A stretch of 64,000 bases of DNA, from contig CAVNZM010000003.1 of assembly GCA_963693365.1 (NCBI GenBank), forward strand, positions 8,600,046-8,664,045, given 5' to 3'. Source of the DNA: Amoebidium appalachense (lineage: Eukaryota > Protista > Ichthyosporea). A model generated the notes under the pieces. That model did not search any database. It saw only the letters and a program-made list of their open reading frames with translations, and had not been told where the DNA came from. The position numbers and the translations under genes were made by a program. How positions within the stretch are numbered: position 1 is the first letter of the stretch; the number at the start of each line of letters is the position of its first letter. Below are positions 55,655-64,000 of the stretch, in pieces.

Positions 55655-56534
55655 AGTTTCTCTCTCTTAATCAACTTTTTCGGTGTTACCCCCCCCCCCC
55701 CCCTCCTCCCTCCCCTACCCCCCTTCCCGGGCCTCCCCCCCTCCCCCCCACCCAATAAATAAATAAATATATAAATAAAAATGGAAACAAAATAGCTAAA
55801 CCTTAAATTCACCATCCCTGTCCCATCCCCCTTTGTCAGTTCTGTGTCTCTCAAGCCCAGGGTCTGTATTTCTGTTTCCTTTTTTCGTTTGTTGTTTTTC
55901 ACCTTCATTTACTATTGCCTTCAAATGCCGTAGAGTAATATGGGTAGTCTATATGTGTCATGTACACGTGCCAAGTTGGGGCTATAGGAGCATGACCAAA
56001 CTAATGTGTCTAATTTTTTCTTACACACACACGTACACACGCACACACGCACATACGCACACACGCATGCATGCATACACGCACACATGCACACACGCAT
56101 ACACGCACACACGCATACACGCACACTGTGACACGCACACACGCACACACTTTGTACTTGGCTAACAGCATATCGTTTCAGTGGCAAGAGTCAATTAATT
56201 ATCGTTTTGTTCATGTTAAACACCCTCAATGCTACCGTGCTGGTAAAGGTGGATGGTGTCTACAAGTACCATATCCACCCATGACGGCAGTGCTGGAGTC
56301 ATGTGTATTATGTTTGCCCGTGTTTTACTATATTGTTTTACGGGGGGGTCGAAATCCGTACAGTAGTAACTGTGATTATGTCCACACAAGGCATGTCTGT
56401 CTGTATAAATCTATCAGTAATATGATGTACAAACGTAATTGTACATCCTGCCTCTTTTCCTTCCTGTTGTTTTCGTTTAAGTAGCAAATCAGGGCACATG
56501 GTGTTTGGAACCCGGCTTGCCCCCCCTCCCCATA

Positions 56535-56568
<34 letters not shown>

Positions 56569-58687
56569 CCGCCGCCGCCGCCACAGCCGCCTCCGGGACC
56601 CCCCCCCCCCCCCCCCCCCCCCCCAGAGCGGAATCCTTCTCCTCCTCCCCACCCCCCTCCCCACCCCCACACACTCACGGACATGCGCGCACCAGGCACA
56701 CGCACGCACACAGACACGCACAGAATTTAGAAAACAATAAACTCTAAAGTATACTGCCCAGGATGATAAGTGCTAAAACATGCCACCATCACCGGTCGAC
56801 TACTACTGCATTTGCCTATGCCTGATTATCGAAGGATCATATGCAACTTGGCCAGCCAGCTGACCCTGGCCATGTCTTCGGTGGGTGCTCAGCCTGAGGA
56901 TGTGTCTCGCTACAATAAAACCATGAAATCTGCACACACAAACCAGTGCTCACACCGCTTGGCGTAATGCACGTACAATTAGCTCAGATGATGATGCGTT
57001 TGTGGGCCTGCTCGTCATTGTTTGGGCTCGTGCACATCAAGGTCACAACGTGATGGTTTATCACAAACAGCACCGTGTCTATGGCCATGCATTGTGGTGG
57101 CACATATCGGAGTTTGTCAGTCTCCAGCTCAGTGCCGGTGCACGTGGGTGGGAGGGAAGGACGAGGAAAGAGGGGAGAGACGCTGGGGAGGCCTTGTCAG
57201 GGAGGCATTTCCCTTTGATTCCCCCCCCCCCCCCCCCCCCCCCCCCCCTTTTCCCCGAACCTAGTTAATTGATAGCCCCCCCCCCCCCCCCCCCAAAAAA
57301 AAAAAACCCGCCCATCCTTTTCCTTATCAAACCCACCCGGTTGAACCTAGCTGTAGTCTCCCCCCCTTTACCCCCCCCCCCCCCCCCCCCCCCCCCACCC
57401 GGGGGGGGCCGGGGTTCCAGCCCACCTTACGTTTGTGCACCCCCCCCCCCCCCCCCCCTTCCTCCCCCCCCCCCCTCCCCCCCCCACCTTTCCCCCCCTC
57501 CCACCCCCCATCCCCCCCCCCCCCCCCCCCCCCCAAACAACCATTCCCCCCCAGGCCTTTTCCAACAGACCCCCCTGACCGAAAATGCCCTCCCCCCTCC
57601 GCCCCCCCCCCCCCCCCCCCCCCCCCTCCCCCCCCTACTCCCCAGCCGCACCCTTCACCTTTGCCCCCCTTCCCAAACATCCCACACCCTCACCTGGCCC
57701 CAACACGTTAACAGAAAGTCTCTCCCTTCTCACCGTCACACACACACACATCCCGGCCCAACCTCCCACTCTCACACCCACCACCCATAGTCCGACCCCC
57801 CCCCCCCCCCCCCCCCCTTCTACTACGTATACACAACCAGTGGCACTCCCCCCCCCCCCCCCCTTCTTCCCCCCCCCCCCCCCCCCTCCTCCCCCCCCCC
57901 CCCCCCCCCCCCCCCCAAGATACATTCCCTCTTTTAAAAAAGTTTAAGCACCTCCCGTACCACTTCGCCCTCATCAACAACGTCTTGCATGGGCTTTTTG
58001 TGCTGTTTAATGTTTATTTCAATAGTATAACTTTGGGCCTAGTTGTAATCATGTGCACCTGCCATCTGAAATGTGTTGGGTGTAGGGGTGTGTGTGCTTG
58101 TGCCGGGGGGGGGAGGGGGGGGGAGAGGGGGGGAGGGGGGCTCCAGGAACGGGAATGGGGGGAACACATATGTTGAAAAGGGAGAGACAGGGGCAGGGAG
58201 GGAAAACTCGATAGGACAAAAAGATATGGAAATCAGGCTCACACAGTTGGATCATTGCTGTCTTCACGGAAACCCAGAGACGTGGCAGGCTTACATCAGG
58301 ACCCCCTACAAGGCAGAATGTCCATCCTCAGACATGGCAGTGTACACGAGAGTATAGCATAAACGAATTTTGCACCTTGACGAGTTTTGCTTTTTATGTA
58401 CTATAATTTCTCGGGAACGTGCAAAACTACGCAGGAAGTGTTTGACACAACTGGTTTGTAAACATACCAAATTTGAGCAGACAACAGAGAAAGTCGATGC
58501 ATTCATAGAAAAAACCGAAACACAACAACTTCTACAAGTAAGGGACTTGTCTCGTCGGCTACCGGTGGAATCATGGTTCCGATTAATGGCTAAGTGAGCC
58601 AGCTGTCTTTGCAGGCTTTCTCACTTGCGGGTTTACTGTGTACAATAGCATGCACCTCCATGTCTGGAGTGGTCCCGGTAGACGTGT

Positions 58688-58718
<31 letters not shown>

Positions 58719-59133
58719 GGGGGGAGGGGGGGGGGGGGGGGGGAGAGGGGGGGGGGGGGGGAGGGGGGGGGGGGAGGGGGGAGAGGGGGCTGAGCCGGCC
58801 GTTTATGTTTTTAAAGGCACGGTTGCAGTGTTGGACGTTACGGTCACCGTTGGCATTGGTGTGAGAAACATGCACCTTAGACTTCTTAGCGGCTTTCCCA
58901 CGTACTTATAATAAGCAACGTCACAGGCGCATTGTACTGCGTAACTAGCTGACGGGAGAAACCAACCCAGAACAGGGTAAGCTCCTGCAGCTCACGTGTC
59001 TTGCAGAATTCGAATGATGGTGGAAGTGCAGGAACATGGTGTGGTACTGTGCTTTATTCATCGGCTCCCCTCTGGCCGGGGGGGTAGGGGGGGGGGAATG
59101 GGGGGGGGCTGGCTGGTGAGTGTGCATGTTTAG

Positions 59134-59173
<40 letters not shown>

Positions 59174-59357
59174 CCCTCCATCCGGATCCCACGCACATGG
59201 TCGCGCATGACACACAGACACCATGACTCAGAAGAATACAATGGCATATATGAAAATACGCGCGCACACAAGTACACGCACACGTGCGCATGCGCACATA
59301 CAAGAGCACACGTGCGCGCACACACACACACATACTCGAACAACACACACTTACTCG

Positions 59358-59420
<63 letters not shown>

Positions 59421-59423
59421 TCG

Positions 59424-59553
<130 letters not shown>

Positions 59554-60701
59554 CACACACACGGGCCCGAGAGATGCTATCAGGGTGGATGACCGAAAGA
59601 GAGACAAGAAACAACAGACGGGCGCCGTGTGAGCTATCTATCAATGAAAGCACAACAATGTGTGTGTGTATGTGTGTGCATGCGCGTGAGCATGCACGCA
59701 TTGTTTGTGCATGCATGTGCGTGTGTGTGTGCGTGTAACAGTGTGTGTCTGTGTGTATGCGTATGTGTACACGTGTTTGTGTGTGTGTGCGTGTGTCTGC
59801 GTGGGTGTATGCGCACTTGCGCACGTGCGCAAGCGCACGCACGTGCACGGGGTGGGCAAGCGTGTGCGCACGTGTCAGGGTGTTTATGCATGTGTGTGAT
59901 TGTGTGGTAATGTGTTGTGTGCGTGTGTGTGCGTGTGTGTGTGTGTGTTTGTGTGTGCGTGGCTTGGAGAGCGTGTATGTGTGTTCGTGTGTGTGCGTGT
60001 GTGTGCACGTTTGCGCGTGTGCACATGTGTGTGTCATGTCTGTGTGGTGCGCACAGTCCGCCTTGTTATCGTGGTACGAGTAATGTTCAGTTGGCCTCTG
60101 TGCCGTTTGTGTCAATGACCGGATGTTGCCGGAACCCGTAGGTATTCAAACCTCGGGAACCCCTTTATTCTGAACAACGTTCACGTATGACAAAACACGG
60201 GAACTTCCGGGTTATGAAATAACCATAAACACAGTCTGGTAATACCATGTACAGTAGAGGTTCACAGTAGACACACACACAAACACACACAAACACACAC
60301 ACACACACACACACACACGCGCGCACACAAAGAGAGAATGAAAGAGAGAGAGAATGAAAGAGAGAGAGAATGAGATGAGAGAGAGTGAGAAAAGAGAGAG
60401 AGACATGCACACACACAACCACGCTGTGTGTGTGATTGTGTGTGTGTGTGTGTGTGTGTAGAAGAGAGAGGGAGGGGAGAGGGAGTGTGGGGGAGGAGGG
60501 GGTTAGGGAGAGAGAGAGAGAACGGGGGGGAGGGGGGGGGGGGGGAAAGAGAGAGACAGAGAGAGAGAAAGAGAGAGAGAGAGAGAAAGAGAAAGAGAGA
60601 GAGAGAGAGAGAATGTACGCGCACGCCACGTGTTTTTTTTTTCCTTGTTTTTTTTTTGTTGTTGTTGTTGTTGTTTGGGGGGGAGGGGAGGGGGGGGGGG
60701 G

Positions 60702-60734
<33 letters not shown>

Positions 60735-60738
<4 letters not shown>

Positions 60739-60788
60739 AAAGATATTTGACCTACCTCCCGGGCAGAGGATTGTGACTGTCAGTGGGG

Positions 60789-60823
<35 letters not shown>

Positions 60824-60872
60824 GACAAAGATATTTAACCTACCTCCCGGGCAGAGGATTGTGACTGTCAGT
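60735..60872. repeat. Tandem duplication of a ~50-bp unit separated by poly-G
   Basis: gacaaagatattt(g/a)acctacctcccgggcagaggattgtgactgtcagtg occurs twice. Confidence 0.85.
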
Positions 60873-62381
60873 GAAAACGTTTAATACACTGTCGTCCATC
60901 ATGTCGCTACCTCCTATTTTGGGCCGTCAATGAGGGTGCTGTGTCGATCACCGAGGCGGGAGATGAAGCCGCTATAATCACACCTGAAGGTGCATGCGCG
61001 CGACGAGGTTGGGGGAGGGGGGGGGGGGGGGAGGGGGGGGGGGGGGGGGGGGGTGGTTAGTTGTCAAACAAGATAGAACGAAACAGCACTATAATATACA
61101 CACGAGAGGGACGGTTTGGGATATTTCCTAAAACTTCCAATCCTTAGACCTGTTCCCGATTCCACACTTGCAACCTGCAACTTCAAAACACGTCCCTTCC
61201 CCTTCTGTAACCCCCCCCCCCCCCCCCCCCTCCCCCGGGCAGGCGCCTCCCGCCACACCACCACCTCCAAAGAATATACCAATAAACCAACATTTCATCT
61301 CTTCTATAAGACATTCCATCATGCGCCATGTCCATCTCAAAAGCCCTTCTAACACCACCGATTCAACCCCCCCTCCCCCCCCCTGGCCCATCACGCGCGC
61401 TAGAGTGTGTGCAAGTGTGTGTGTGTGTGTGTGCGTGCGCGCGCGCACACACACACACACATGCACGTGCACACAGCCTCACACGAACGCACACACACAC
61501 ACGAACACACACACACACATGCCCCCCCCCCCCCCCCCCCCCCCCCGCACCACCACCACCACACACACACACATACACACATACACTGTCCCTCATTTCG
61601 GCATACTTGACCCCGAGAGTCGGACGTTTCTCATCAATTCTAACCAAACCACAACCCCCCCCCCCTCCCCAGGGGGCGTGCAGATACGAGATCACATGGG
61701 ATGATACGGCGTGTTTGGAGCAAAAGGTGAGGAAATAAGATTAAAAAAAGCTACGGAGAGTGCGTGCGAGGATACAGTGAGGTTGGCTGCCAGAAATAGG
61801 CACGGGATTAAGTAAGGGAGAAAGAGGGGGAGTGGAGGAGGTTGGAAGGTGAAGAGGGACGCGGGGGTGGGGGCGGAGCAAACGGAGTGAGCTTGGTTTG
61901 GAATGGAAAAGGGCGGAGGTGTGTGTGTGTGTGTGTGAGGGGGGGGGGGGGGGGGGTGGTAGCGAGTGCCGCACTAAAAAAGACGAGAAAAACGGACATC
62001 GTTATTCAACTGCAAGAACAAACGTACATACATAAATCAGGGTATGCCACTTCTGCAGGGTCTCTCCAGGAGGCCCACGGTAATTGACCCATTCGCCTCT
62101 TCCAGAAGATCTGTGTGTCTGTCTGTCTGTGTGTGTGTGTCTGTGTGCGCATCGTGGGGGAGCTAGGTTAGATCGCGGAATGTGGTACAAAGCTCAACTA
62201 CACGATGAACAACACGGTGCAGGACACATGCAAACAAAACGGTGCAGGACACATGCCAGGCAAACATTCAAGTATGCAACGTCAGCAACGCGCACAGTAT
62301 GCAACATAAGCAGAGCCAATCCTTAGGGGAGGGGGGAGGGGGGGGGGGGGGAAGGGGGGACCATGTGTGTGTGGGTCATGT

Positions 62382-62417
<36 letters not shown>

Positions 62418-62524
62418 AGGAGAGGGGGTAAGGGGTTATACTAAGGGAGAAAGTTGACACAACACGAAGGGGGAGTGTGGGTATTTGTATGCATGTGTTT
62501 GTCATATAATTGTTAGCCGTAGGC

Positions 62525-62593
<69 letters not shown>

Positions 62594-62709
62594 CGCTCGT
62601 GGGTGTGGTGCACGTCGTTGTGCCCGCGTGCACACCCCGCATGCACGCACGCTCTCTCCCTTCTCACTCCCCCGCTGTCACTCTCTTCTTGTGTGTGTGT
62701 GCGTGTGCG

Positions 62710-62740
<31 letters not shown>

Positions 62741-63564
62741 TTGGGGGGGGGGGGGGGTTAAATGAGTGATCTCTAAATCGCCATGAGAAGAATAACGGTA
62801 GGGACAAATGCGGGTGGGGCAAGTGGACAGCAGAGCACGGTTGCATAGGCAAGGTTGAAAATCACAGCAGATGGCAGTTAAATGAAAGCAGGTGGGAAAG
62901 AGGTGGATGTCGATGGGCAAAGGAGTGAGAGGAAAGTGAAAGCGAGAGAGACACGAGCGTGTTGGTGTGTGGCCGCAGAGGCAGTGGTGGAGCAGAGGTG
63001 TGTATGAGGGAAGGGGGAGAGGCAGAGGGATGTATGCATTAGAAGGTTGGAAATAAGGAGTTGACACCAAAAGGCAAAATTCAAAATGTCACAAAAATGA
63101 AAACTCCAAAATTAAACCATTATTCAAAAATGGGGACAAACAAGAAGCGTGCAGGCAGAAGACTCTTGAACAGAGTCCATCATCAGGGGGGCTCCTATGT
63201 CTATACAAAAGAATGGGTTTCGCTCTTAAACCTCCCGCGTGTGGTTCCCAGCCCATGCTGCGTTTCAACACCCACAGGCGAGTCCACCCGTCTTGTCCAA
63301 AGTCAAGCATGGTTGTTCAAGGAGCAGCAATCTAAGAACACAAAGCCCACATTAACTGCAAGCAGATAACAATAAAGAAAGCCCAGAGAAGTAGAGCGTA
63401 CATCGGGCTTCTACAAAGCCCCCAAATCCCTAACCTATAGAGAGGAGGGCATGGGGAGCAGGGGAGGGGGGAGGATGTGTTCATTGGGGGGCTGGGAAAG
63501 AGGACGAAGAGGCATCAACAGACAAAAGCAAAGGCCATACCCCCCCCCCCCCCCCCCTCCCCCC

Positions 63565-63595
<31 letters not shown>

Positions 63596-64000
63596 AAAAA
63601 ACGGGAAAGGCAAGAGTGAGGGAGGGGGGTGAGGGTAGGATGTAAAAAAGTTGGGAAAGTCGAGGAAGAGGCATCAAGGGACAAACAAGGACCAGTCCCA
63701 AGGGCAAAATTAAAAAATGGGGAAAGGAAAGAGTGAGGGAGGGGAGGGGAGGGAAGGGGGAGGGCTGAATGTGTGTGTGGGGGGGGGAGATGAGAGGGGA
63801 GCGATGGACAGAGATAGAAAAAAAGGGAAAACTTAAACCGGCCACTATGGTTTATCAGAGGGTTACCCCTGGCAGGAGGGGTCGATTCAAGATTAAATAA
63901 AAAACAAAATAAAAAGAACCGGCCGGGCCAAGAAATAGGTGAGCAGCCACCGGAAAAGGAATTGTGTATGAGAGGGTTGGGAGGATGACACGCCGATGCG

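Overview
Eukaryotic, repeat-dense genomic DNA with GT-AG spliceosomal introns filled with poly-G/poly-C, (CA)n and (CT)n tracts. The style suggests a protist such as an ichthyosporean, but the host cannot be proven from the sequence. Almost all ORFs in the track are low-complexity artefacts. Supported content: (1) a 9-exon quinolinate phosphoribosyltransferase gene (minus strand, 3972-11038); (2) a terminal ankyrin-repeat exon; (3) a ~14.8 kb CMC/Plavaka-type DNA transposon (12889-27650) carrying a truncated spliced transposase and, head-to-head, a cargo gene for a KDM4-like JmjC histone demethylase with an SPKK-rich N-terminal tail; (4) a Ngaro/PAT-type tyrosine-recombinase retroelement with split direct repeats, gag and YR but no RT, inserted in exon 1 of that JmjC gene so that its removal restores the frame exactly; (5) Gypsy integrase and LINE RT relics, a PIF/Tourist element, LTR-like repeats, and a non-TTAA piggyBac-like element with a Tudor-like N-terminus; (6) an apparently intact spliced gene (44776-47086, minus) made of two stand-alone domains resembling the DNMT1 RFTS domain, with no methyltransferase. 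The leading hypothesis is an anti-silencing toolkit aimed at the H3K9me3/DNMT1 axis: a TE-borne KDM4-like eraser and a free RFTS-like decoy or inhibitor. All domain calls are from motif recognition by eye, not database searches.
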